DNA of 64,000 nt from an uncultured Candidatus Saccharibacteria bacterium (GTDB lineage: Bacteria > Patescibacteriota > Minisyncoccia > Phycocordibacterales > DATDWN01), in the NCBI GenBank assembly GCA_964469605.1, contig CAYXZA010000001.1:6899-70898 (forward strand), written 5' to 3'. Below the pieces are notes generated by a model. It was not told the origin of the DNA. It ran no database searches and was given only the letters and a program-made list of their open reading frames with translations. Positions 39,131 through 46,878 of the stretch are shown in pieces. Each line of letters opens with the position of its first letter. Position 1 is the first letter of the stretch. The position numbers were made by a program, and so were the translations under genes.

Positions 39131-39945
39131 ATTTCGTAAGTAATAGTGATATTTGATATAACTTTATTTTCACCAGTTGGAATCTCCGGAGAAATCCTAT
39201 CTGCTTTTGCAGACATCATAGCACCACCACCCATACCCTCTCCGTATCCATACATATTATCTGAACTGTCATAATAACTTGTTATTTTCTTTATTTTAAC
39301 ACCAAGATTTTTTGACAATTCTTTTGCTTTTTCTTTAGCATCTTTTATAGCCAGTTCTTTTGCTTGTTTTTTCAAAGCATCAATGTCATCTATAACAAAA
39401 GAAATTCCAGATACATTTGAAACTCCCATTTCCCCTATCTTTGCCAAAACATCACCTGATTTTTCTATTTTTCTAACTTTAACTTCAAAAGTCTGACTAA
39501 CTTCGTAACCGACAATGATAGACTTACCGTCTGTACAATTTCCCAAAGGACAAGAACCGTCAGAATTTCTAGGATTGGTTCTGTATTCATATTTTGGATA
39601 TATATTATAACCAGTTGTTTTTATATCCTTCTCTTCAATTCCAAAACCCCTTAAAGAAGCTAGGGTGTCGTTTGATTTTTTTGTAGCTTTGTCTTGTGCC
39701 TCTTTTGCAGTTTTTGCACTTTCAATCACAGAAAAAGATATAGATGCAATATCTGGTTTTACCAAAATTTCTCCTTTTCCGTTTACAGATATAACACTAC
39801 TAGGATAAACACCTTTACCTACATATTTATACTCTTTTAAAGCTGTAATAGTTTTTAAAAGAAAAAAGATAGAAACGATAATGACAAAAAAAGAAATGTA
39901 TTTTGCCACCCTATATTTTTCCAAAGAATTTACAAATGTATCCAT
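39124..39945 (-). CDS. SIMPL-domain (DUF541) periplasmic/secreted protein
   Basis: An N-terminal transmembrane/signal segment, then ...ISFSVIESAKTAKEAQDKATKKSNDTLASLRGFGIEEKDIKT..., which resembles the SIMPL/'26 kDa periplasmic immunogenic protein' family. Confidence 0.6.
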   Translation of the reverse strand: MDTFVNSLEKYRVAKYISFFVIIVSIFFLLKTITALKEYKYVGKGVYPSSVISVNGKGEILVKPDIASISFSVIESAKTAKEAQDKATKKSNDTLASLRGFGIEEKDIKTTGYNIYPKYEYRTNPRNSDGSCPLGNCTDGKSIIVGYEVSQTFEVKVRKIEKSGDVLAKIGEMGVSNVSGISFVIDDIDALKKQAKELAIKDAKEKAKELSKNLGVKIKKITSYYDSSDNMYGYGEGMGGGAMMSAKADRISPEIPTGENKVISNITITYEIE

Positions 39946-39976
39946 AATAAAATGTTAAACTTTTAATACTTATATA

Positions 39977-40813
39977 CTAACAAATATCAACAAGATTTTC
40001 AAAAACAGATGCAACAGTCACAGGACCAACACCTTTTGGAACAGGTGTTATAGCTGAAACAAAATCTTTTACAAGATCAAAACAAACATCTCCACATAAT
40101 CCAAAAGACCCATCATCTTTTTCAATTTTATTTATCCCAACATCAATAACAATAGGTTTTTTATTTCCTATATAACTTTTATCTATCAGATTTACCTTAC
40201 CAACAGCTGAAATAATAATATCTGCTGACAAAGAGATTTCTTTTGGATTTTTTGTTTGACTTGAAATAACAGAAACCAAACCCCCTCTCTGTGACAAAAG
40301 ACAAGCAGTTGGCTTTCCGACTAAATCTGATCTACCGAAAACAGAAATATTTTTTCCAACAACATCTATTTTATAAAAATCCAATATGGACAAAATGGCC
40401 CTTGCCGTTGCTGGAACTACTGATTTTTTACCACTATAAAGTAGTTTTTTATTCTCCTCCGTCAGACCATCGACATCTTTGGTTGGTAAAATAGAATTTA
40501 TTATTAAATCTTTGTCTAAATGATTTGGTATTGGAAGTTGAACAATAATACCATTTACAGAAGAGTCTTTGTTTAATTTAGAAACAAAATCTATTATTTC
40601 CTGATTTGTGGAATCAGAAGATAGATTGTATAAATCACAACCAAAACCAACCTCTTGACCAAATCTCTGTTTGTTTCTGACATAAATATCAGACTGGTCT
40701 GATATTGAAATATTTAATATTGCTAATTTTGGTTTAAAATCTAAAAATGATAATTTTTTCCTCAAATCACTTTTAATATATTCAACAACAGGAAGTCCGT
40801 AAAGTATCTGCAT
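39977..40813 (-). CDS. folD: Bifunctional methylenetetrahydrofolate dehydrogenase/cyclohydrolase
   Basis: The YxxSxxK-type region and GKNISVFGRSDLVGKPTACLL are characteristic of FolD. Confidence 0.9.
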   Translation of the reverse strand: MQILYGLPVVEYIKSDLRKKLSFLDFKPKLAILNISISDQSDIYVRNKQRFGQEVGFGCDLYNLSSDSTNQEIIDFVSKLNKDSSVNGIIVQLPIPNHLDKDLIINSILPTKDVDGLTEENKKLLYSGKKSVVPATARAILSILDFYKIDVVGKNISVFGRSDLVGKPTACLLSQRGGLVSVISSQTKNPKEISLSADIIISAVGKVNLIDKSYIGNKKPIVIDVGINKIEKDDGSFGLCGDVCFDLVKDFVSAITPVPKGVGPVTVASVFENLVDIC

Positions 40814-40814
40814 C

Positions 40815-41318
40815 TTATTTATAAAATTTTAAAACTACATAAACACAAAGTCCACCTAAAATATATCCAAATAAAACATCTGAAAGGAAATGAAAAGAAA
40901 AGTAAAGTCTAGATACCCCTACAAAAAGAGCGGATGATAAACAGAAAGCAAAATGAAGATATCTCCTGAAAACATTTTTATCTCTTCTCATAATATGAAG
41001 TAGAAAAATAAAATAAGAAGTAGCAACAGAGCTGTGAGCACTAGGAAAACTAGGACTAAAAACATTTACACCGTTTGGTCTTTCTATGTTGAAAATATAT
41101 TTTAAAATATATGTCAAAATAACAGTTAAAAATATAGCTAGGATAAATTTTATAAAATCTTTACTATCAGATGAATATTTTTTTATCAAATATAAAGTTA
41201 AAACAAATACAATCAAAAAAGGAATAGGATTAAATAAAGTAGAAGCAAAATTAAAAGCAAAATTAAAATCTAAATTGCCAGAAAAAAAATTTAAAAAATA
41301 TTTATCAAAATTAAACAT
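40815..41318 (-). CDS. PAP2-family membrane phosphatase
   Basis: Multipass membrane protein with a PSAHSS motif (PSGH-like) and a downstream SRLYFSFHFLSD motif (SRxxxxxHxxxD). Confidence 0.6.
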   Translation of the reverse strand: MFNFDKYFLNFFSGNLDFNFAFNFASTLFNPIPFLIVFVLTLYLIKKYSSDSKDFIKFILAIFLTVILTYILKYIFNIERPNGVNVFSPSFPSAHSSVATSYFIFLLHIMRRDKNVFRRYLHFAFCLSSALFVGVSRLYFSFHFLSDVLFGYILGGLCVYVVLKFYK

Positions 41319-41399
41319 AAAATAATATTAACATTTCCACAGATTTTAAACAAAAAAGTTGACTTTTATTGCAAATGTTATTATATTTTTTACGGTATG

Positions 41400-41605
41400 C
41401 TAATTTCGAGAGAAAAGTTCCGGGAACTTCAAATGAAGTTCCCGAAACAAAAGTTCCTTGATGCTCCCCCACGATGGTGGGGGAGCGAAATCATGGAGGG
41501 GCGGGAAATCGCCCCTCAAAAGGAGGTGGAAGAAGAAAAATGACCCGAAGTGGGTCGGGGGTGTCAGACCGCAAGCGACCCCCGACCCACTTGCGGGTTT
41601 TTTAT
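41400..41605. other. GC-rich multi-hairpin element (copy 2 of 2); candidate structured ncRNA ending in a terminator-like hairpin plus T-run
   Basis: Four hairpins: gttccgggaactt/aagttcccgaaac; gctcccccac-gatg-gtgggggagc; gaggggcg/cgcccctc; cgaagtgggtcggggg...cccccgacccacttgcg followed by tttttt. The linker aaaagttccttgat is shared with the element at 8581-8700. Confidence 0.4.
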
Positions 41606-41740
41606 TTTCAAACGAAGTGAGTGAAGTAAGAGAGTAGTCTTTCTTACTTCCGAGCGAGTGCAGGAAAAGATCTCTTTTCAAACGAAGTGAGCGAAGCGAA
41701 CATTCTTTGGGTCCAAGGCTCTGTCTTGGGGTTTAATACC
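41605..41740 (+). repeat. Intergenic repeat family 1, copy B
   Basis: Its hairpin is gaagtaagagag...ctttcttacttc. Relative to copy A (gaaataagaaag/ctttcttatttc) it carries compensatory A-T to G-C changes. The 3' module is gtgagcgaagcgaacattctttgggtccaaggctctgtcttggggtttaatacc. Confidence 0.5.
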
Positions 41741-41760
41741 CTTTTTATTTTTTTAATTTT

Positions 41761-42624
41761 CTAAAAAGAAACAATGGAGAAAATACCAGAAGAAAGATAA
41801 GCCTCCTCTTCTTGTTGTTTTATAGATAGTTCACCAGAAGAAATATTTTTCTTTTCCTCAAAAACTTTTTGAAGTAAATTTTGGTAAGTTAAAAATGAAT
41901 AATTTGTTCCATAACCAGACAGAAGCAAAAAAATCTTATTTTTTGATAAAATTTTTTTACAAGAAATCAAAAGTTTTAACAAATCATCTTCAAGTATCCA
42001 TTTTTTACCACTTGATGTCTTTCCATAAGGTGGCGGATCAAGCAATATAGCATCATAAACATTTCCCCTTTTAGATTCTTTTTCTACAAACTTTAAAGCA
42101 TCATCTAGCAAAAACCTGACACTGCCACTGAAGCTATTTATAGATTTATTTTGGTTTGCCCAAAGTATTGCCTGTTTTGAAGAATCAACACACAAAACAT
42201 CCGCTCCTTTTTTTGCCAAATACAAAGCAGATGCTCCAGTGTAACTAAAAAGATTTAAAACCTTGATTTGTTTGTTTGGATTTATTTTTTTAGACTGATC
42301 TATCAAATCCCCCATCTTTCTCCATAAAATGGCTTGTTCTGGAAAAAGACCCGTGTGTTTAAAATTATTTATTTTCAAAATAAGATTTAGATTTTCAAAA
42401 ATAATCTTCCATTCTTTAATGTCTTTTTTAAAAACCCATTTAAAACCCTTTGTAGTTTTTTTAAAATATAGATCATAATTTTCCCAAAGTAAAGGAAAAG
42501 ATTTTGGCCAAATAGATTGAGGGTCCGGTCTTCTAAGTATAACCCCAGCAAAATCTTCAAGTTTTTCACCATCTCCACAATCAATAAGTTTATATGAATC
42601 TGTATTTTTTAAAGAAAAATCCAT
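41761..42624 (-). CDS. Class I SAM-dependent RNA methyltransferase (RlmI/RlmK-like; DPPPY motif)
   Basis: A SAM-binding region (VLNLFSYTGASALYLAKKGADVLCVD) and ILLDPPPYGK (DPPY motif IV). Confidence 0.65.
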   Translation of the reverse strand: MDFSLKNTDSYKLIDCGDGEKLEDFAGVILRRPDPQSIWPKSFPLLWENYDLYFKKTTKGFKWVFKKDIKEWKIIFENLNLILKINNFKHTGLFPEQAILWRKMGDLIDQSKKINPNKQIKVLNLFSYTGASALYLAKKGADVLCVDSSKQAILWANQNKSINSFSGSVRFLLDDALKFVEKESKRGNVYDAILLDPPPYGKTSSGKKWILEDDLLKLLISCKKILSKNKIFLLLSGYGTNYSFLTYQNLLQKVFEEKKNISSGELSIKQQEEEAYLSSGIFSIVSF

Positions 42625-42657
42625 AACTATATTTATAACATTAAAAACAAAAAACCA

Positions 42658-42921
42658 CTACATAAAAAGTGGCCTGTATTTTATAAAAAACAACAAAATA
42701 ATATTTTTCAATTTATGAAAATAAAAATATATTTTTTTGACATATAAAATGTTTGTATATTCAACAAAAGATCCAGGGAAACTTAATTTCATTCTTTTTT
42801 TATGATCAAATACCGCTGAAAAAAATCCAATTACTCTAAGTAAAACCCATACAACAAAACAGAAAGGTTTTGAAATAATACAAATAATATCTTGATCAAA
42901 AATTGATTCTTTTTCTTTCAT
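42658..42921 (-). CDS. Small hypothetical membrane protein
   Basis: ORF with one hydrophobic segment. Confidence 0.25.
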   Translation of the reverse strand: MKEKESIFDQDIICIISKPFCFVVWVLLRVIGFFSAVFDHKKRMKLSFPGSFVEYTNILYVKKIYFYFHKLKNIILLFFIKYRPLFM

Positions 42922-42941
42922 CTAAAAGAATAATACCTATC

Positions 42942-44006
42942 TTATGGTATAAAATCAACACTGTTGTTGTTCAATAAACTAGATTTATATATACCAACAA
43001 ATGCAACAAGAAGACTTACTATAACTGGCCCAAATATAAAACCTTCTGGCCCAAAAAGAGCTATTCCACCTAAAACTGAAAATAGGATCAAGAGAGAGTG
43101 TATTTTTGTTCTAGATCTAATAATATAAGGATTTAAAAAGTTATCTATACTACCAACCAATATAGCCCCCCATAGCAAAAGTCCTAGTGCATAAGGTGTA
43201 TTTCCAACAAATAACAAATATATAACAGAAGGAACAATAACAATACTTGTTCCAAGACCAGGAACAACAGCACAAACAGCAGATACAGCACCCCAAAGTG
43301 AAGCATTTGGAATACCAAAAATATATAATCCTAAGCCAACTAAAAAACCCTGAACAACAGATATAATCAAAGTGCCTTTTATTACAGAATTTACAGTATT
43401 TGATATTTTTACGATAATTTCTCTATCATAACTATCTCTCATAGGAGATAGTTTTACCATCTCTTCTATAAAAGACTTACCATCTCGTATAAAAAAGAAA
43501 GTTGCCACTAAAAACAAAACTAAATCTATAACAATAGTTAATGTTCCAAAAACAATATCAGTAAAATTATTTGTCATAAAAGAAAAAAATGTTTCTGCAT
43601 AAGACTGTGTGTTTATTGTAAAGTCTGGAAATATTTTTTGTATAATATTTTCAACAGTAAAAACCAAAACATCAACTTCGTTTACATTATTATTTGCCAG
43701 ATTGTCATATATATCCCTAGCTTGAAAAAAAGCTTGTTTACCAAGAAAAATAAGTGGAGCTAGTATAAAAATCACAAACAAGATAATCGTAACAAAAGCT
43801 GAAAGTGATTTATTTGAGAAAAATTTAGATAAGATAAATTTGTTTAGAGGATACAGAAAAACAGAAAAAGTTATGGCTAAAAATAAAATACTTATAAATG
43901 GTTTGAAAAGAAAATAGTTTAAAACTATCACACCAAAAAACAATCCGAAAAAAAATATTGTTTCTTTTTTTTGTATATTTTGATTATTCATATTTTTATA
44001 AAGCAC
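42942..44006 (-). CDS. AI-2E family (UPF0118/PerM-like) membrane permease
   Basis: Multipass membrane protein whose length and topology match 13311-14369. Confidence 0.6.
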   Translation of the reverse strand: MLYKNMNNQNIQKKETIFFFGLFFGVIVLNYFLFKPFISILFLAITFSVFLYPLNKFILSKFFSNKSLSAFVTIILFVIFILAPLIFLGKQAFFQARDIYDNLANNNVNEVDVLVFTVENIIQKIFPDFTINTQSYAETFFSFMTNNFTDIVFGTLTIVIDLVLFLVATFFFIRDGKSFIEEMVKLSPMRDSYDREIIVKISNTVNSVIKGTLIISVVQGFLVGLGLYIFGIPNASLWGAVSAVCAVVPGLGTSIVIVPSVIYLLFVGNTPYALGLLLWGAILVGSIDNFLNPYIIRSRTKIHSLLILFSVLGGIALFGPEGFIFGPVIVSLLVAFVGIYKSSLLNNNSVDFIP

Positions 44007-44553
44007 CTGATACTAGTGCAACAAGTAAAACACCTATAAAATTCATAATAAACGATATTAAAGCTAAATTTACTGATCGGATCTTTGAAATACCCAAAAG
44101 AGTAATACCTAACTCATCTGGAAGAGGTGAAGCTATAATAAAAGCCCCAAGTAGAGGTGATAACCATCTAAAAAAACCTTTTCTGAAAAAATGTAATATT
44201 TTTCTAGCTTTACTTAATTTTAAAACCTCCATAATATCATCAGCAAATCTGTCTCTTATAAAAAGAAATATAATCATATCCCCTATTACAGCACCTATCG
44301 CACCCCAAAAAGCAACTATAAAAGGCGATGTTGTTTTAGCTATTTCAGCCAAAGATATAGAAGCAGGAGCAATGGTAAAAGCAGATGTAAAAAATATTCC
44401 AGAAACAAAACTACCGATTATCTTTGCCTCCTCTGTAATAGCAAAAAAATTTGCAAGAACACCGAGCTTAACAAGCAAAACAGCAAAAACAACACTGATT
44501 GCCACAAAAAACAAATCTCTTTGTAGGTTTCTATAAACTTCAATCTTTCTCAT
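43996..44553 (-). CDS. Hypothetical multipass membrane protein
   Basis: Hydrophobic segments throughout. The start overlaps the previous gene. Confidence 0.4.
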   Translation of the reverse strand: MRKIEVYRNLQRDLFFVAISVVFAVLLVKLGVLANFFAITEEAKIIGSFVSGIFFTSAFTIAPASISLAEIAKTTSPFIVAFWGAIGAVIGDMIIFLFIRDRFADDIMEVLKLSKARKILHFFRKGFFRWLSPLLGAFIIASPLPDELGITLLGISKIRSVNLALISFIMNFIGVLLVALVSGAL

Positions 44554-44700
44554 TATTATAAATATAACATTTACTTTGAAAATATAAAAAACTTATTAAC
44601 ATAAAATATTTTTTATATTTTCTAAACCCTTTCTCCTATTTGCTCTCTCCACATAGCATAATACAAACCTTTATCTTCCAAAAGACTTTTATGATCACTA

Positions 44701-44770
44701 AATAAAAGGTTAAACCCCAGAGTAGAGCCCTAGACACAAAGGGTGTTCGCCTTGCTCACGGTTTATCTTA
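44701..44770 (-). repeat. Intergenic repeat family 1, copy D (3' module only, reverse orientation)
   Basis: The reverse complement reads ...aaccgtgagcaaggcgaacaccctttgtgtctagggctctactctggggtttaacc. Confidence 0.4.
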
Positions 44771-45268
44771 AATACTTAAATTAAATAAATCTAAAATATA
44801 TTTAGCAAAAGGATCTGCAGATGTTCCATATACAATAACACCCCCTAAAACACCTGTTAAAAATATTAAAATAAAACCTAAAATAGCAAATGTTTTAGTT
44901 AAAAATTGTCTTTCTGATAATTTTGAGAAAAATAATAAAAATTTTCCAAACTTCAAATTAAAATATGATTTTGTATTTAAGAAACTGCAAAATTCCAAAA
45001 ACCCAAGAAAGACAAAAACGAAAGTTGAAAGAGATGCAAAAAGAGAGTGTATTTCTATAATATTTCTATTTTTCCTTACAATATGCTCTGCAATCTCCCC
45101 TGTGTTTAAAGAAGCAAATGCACCCAAAATACCAAAAAATAAAAGAGTTCTTTCTATACTTTTCCTATTTTGAGCAAAAAATCTAGCGGGTAAAATTTTT
45201 ATTAAAGAATAAAGCGAAAGAAAAGCTATTGGAAAATGAACAAAAATCGGATGAATATTGTATTGCAT
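44768..45268 (-). CDS. Hypothetical membrane protein
   Basis: Five to six hydrophobic segments. Confidence 0.35.
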   Translation of the reverse strand: MQYNIHPIFVHFPIAFLSLYSLIKILPARFFAQNRKSIERTLLFFGILGAFASLNTGEIAEHIVRKNRNIIEIHSLFASLSTFVFVFLGFLEFCSFLNTKSYFNLKFGKFLLFFSKLSERQFLTKTFAILGFILIFLTGVLGGVIVYGTSADPFAKYILDLFNLSI

Positions 45269-45291
45269 ATTATATATTAAAATTTTAATTG

Positions 45292-45364
45292 GGTGACCAG
45301 AGGGAATCGAACCCTCATTATCGGCTCCACAAACCGAAGTCCTAACCGTTGAACGATGGCCACC
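45292..45364 (-). tRNA. tRNA-His (anticodon GTG) with an encoded G-1
   Basis: The reverse complement GGTGGCCATCG...TCGGT-TTGTGGA-GCCGA...GGGTTCGATTCCC...TGGTCACC folds as a cloverleaf with anticodon GUG, an extra 5' G and C73. Confidence 0.8.
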
Positions 45365-45448
45365 ATAGCCATTTATTTAAAAATGGTTAAATAATTTATA
45401 TCAGAAAAATTGCTAAAAATCTAGTTTTTTCATATAATAACCGGAAAT

Positions 45449-46717
45449 ATGAATACTAAAATAAATTTTGATCCCTATGACTTTTCGCAAACAGAAATAT
45501 CATCTGTTCCTGTTTATTACAAAAATCTTCCTTGGGCAAATTGTATTTTTATTAGAATAGTTTTCAAAGTAGGTGCACTAGACGATCCTATTGGTAAAGA
45601 AGGTTTGGCTCATTTTTTAGAACACATGATGTTTGACGGATCAGAAAGTTTTCCTGATAGAAAATCCATAGTTGAATGGAAAAAAAATATGACACTAAAC
45701 ACTTTCAATGCTTCAACTGGTTTACGGAGAACAGAGTATAACTTAAAATGTATTCCTGAAAATTTTGAGAAAGTAATGACCGATTTAAACAATATAATCT
45801 GGAAACCATTTTTAAAAGAAGAATTTGTGGAAAGTGAAAGACAGGTTATCACCCAAGAATGTTGGCAAAGATATAAAAATGAAAAATTTTTAGCACACCT
45901 AAAAGAAGTGCAAAATATTGTATACCCAAATACAAGATATGGAAAAATAATAATAGCATTTGGTTTTCCAGATACAATATCATCTATATCAAAACAAAAC
46001 TTGAAAGATTTTTATGAAAATAAATATGTAAAAGAAAATATGTTTATTATCTTGACTGGAAAAATAGATGAAGAAAATATAAAGCATCTAAATCTATTTT
46101 TTAAAGATTCAAAAAGTGGTGTGAAAAATAATAGAAATGCAGAGAATATAACAAAACCATCACAAAATAGAATTGAAAAATCATCAAAAGACATAGGCAA
46201 CCCACAAAAACAAACTGAAATATTAAAAATTTTTTATTCAAAACCTTTTGAAAAAAATACCAGCAAGATTTTAATCTGGAGAAATTTGATATATGAAATA
46301 CTTATGGAAAAAATGAGATATGAAAAAAACCTGTGTTATTCATTGTCTTTAAACTATAATGAAACTTCTGAAATGTCATCTTTTTATTTTTTATTAAAAA
46401 CAGATACAAAAAACATAAAAATAGTTGAGGATGAATTTCAATCCATAATCACAGATATTTATAACGGAAAATATGAAGATAAATTTGCAACACAAAAAAG
46501 AATTTATCTAGAAAGAATAATTACAAGTGAGAGACTTTCTGATGACATAGCAGATGATGCACTGAATGATGTATTGTATTTTGGCAAAATAAAACATCTT
46601 CGAGAAACTATAGAAGATGCTTTAAAAGTAGAATTTTCTGATATGCAAGAAATTTCGAAAAAAATCTTTACCAAGGATAGGACTTTTACCAAAATAACAC
46701 TTTCAGAAAATGACTGA
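45449..46717 (+). CDS. M16-family zinc peptidase
   Basis: HFLEHMMFDGS (HxxEH). Confidence 0.8.
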   Translation: MNTKINFDPYDFSQTEISSVPVYYKNLPWANCIFIRIVFKVGALDDPIGKEGLAHFLEHMMFDGSESFPDRKSIVEWKKNMTLNTFNASTGLRRTEYNLKCIPENFEKVMTDLNNIIWKPFLKEEFVESERQVITQECWQRYKNEKFLAHLKEVQNIVYPNTRYGKIIIAFGFPDTISSISKQNLKDFYENKYVKENMFIILTGKIDEENIKHLNLFFKDSKSGVKNNRNAENITKPSQNRIEKSSKDIGNPQKQTEILKIFYSKPFEKNTSKILIWRNLIYEILMEKMRYEKNLCYSLSLNYNETSEMSSFYFLLKTDTKNIKIVEDEFQSIITDIYNGKYEDKFATQKRIYLERIITSERLSDDIADDALNDVLYFGKIKHLRETIEDALKVEFSDMQEISKKIFTKDRTFTKITLSEND

Positions 46718-46733
46718 TTTTATTTTCAAACGA

Positions 46734-46873
46734 AGTGAGCGAAATAAGAAAGTACTCTTTCTTATTTCCGAGCATAGTGTAGAAAACAAAATACTCCATA
46801 GTTTTATTATGGAGTATTTTATAATCTTAATTTATATCATTTAAGGTCAAAAGCTCTGTCCAAGGTTTAATAC
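46734..46873 (+). repeat. Intergenic repeat family 1, copy C (intact 5' module; degenerate 3' module; extra 11 bp hairpin)
   Basis: ttttcaaacgaagtgagcgaaataagaaagtactctttcttatttccgag... then aatactccata/tatggagtatt ... ctctgtccaaggtttaatac. Confidence 0.45.
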
Positions 46874-46878
46874 ATCTC

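Noticed and set aside
41400-41681. 93 aa minus-strand ORF (MKRDLFLHS...)
   Set aside because: It lies entirely within the GC-rich hairpin element and repeat family 1 copy B. Its composition is driven by the hairpins, and it has no RBS.
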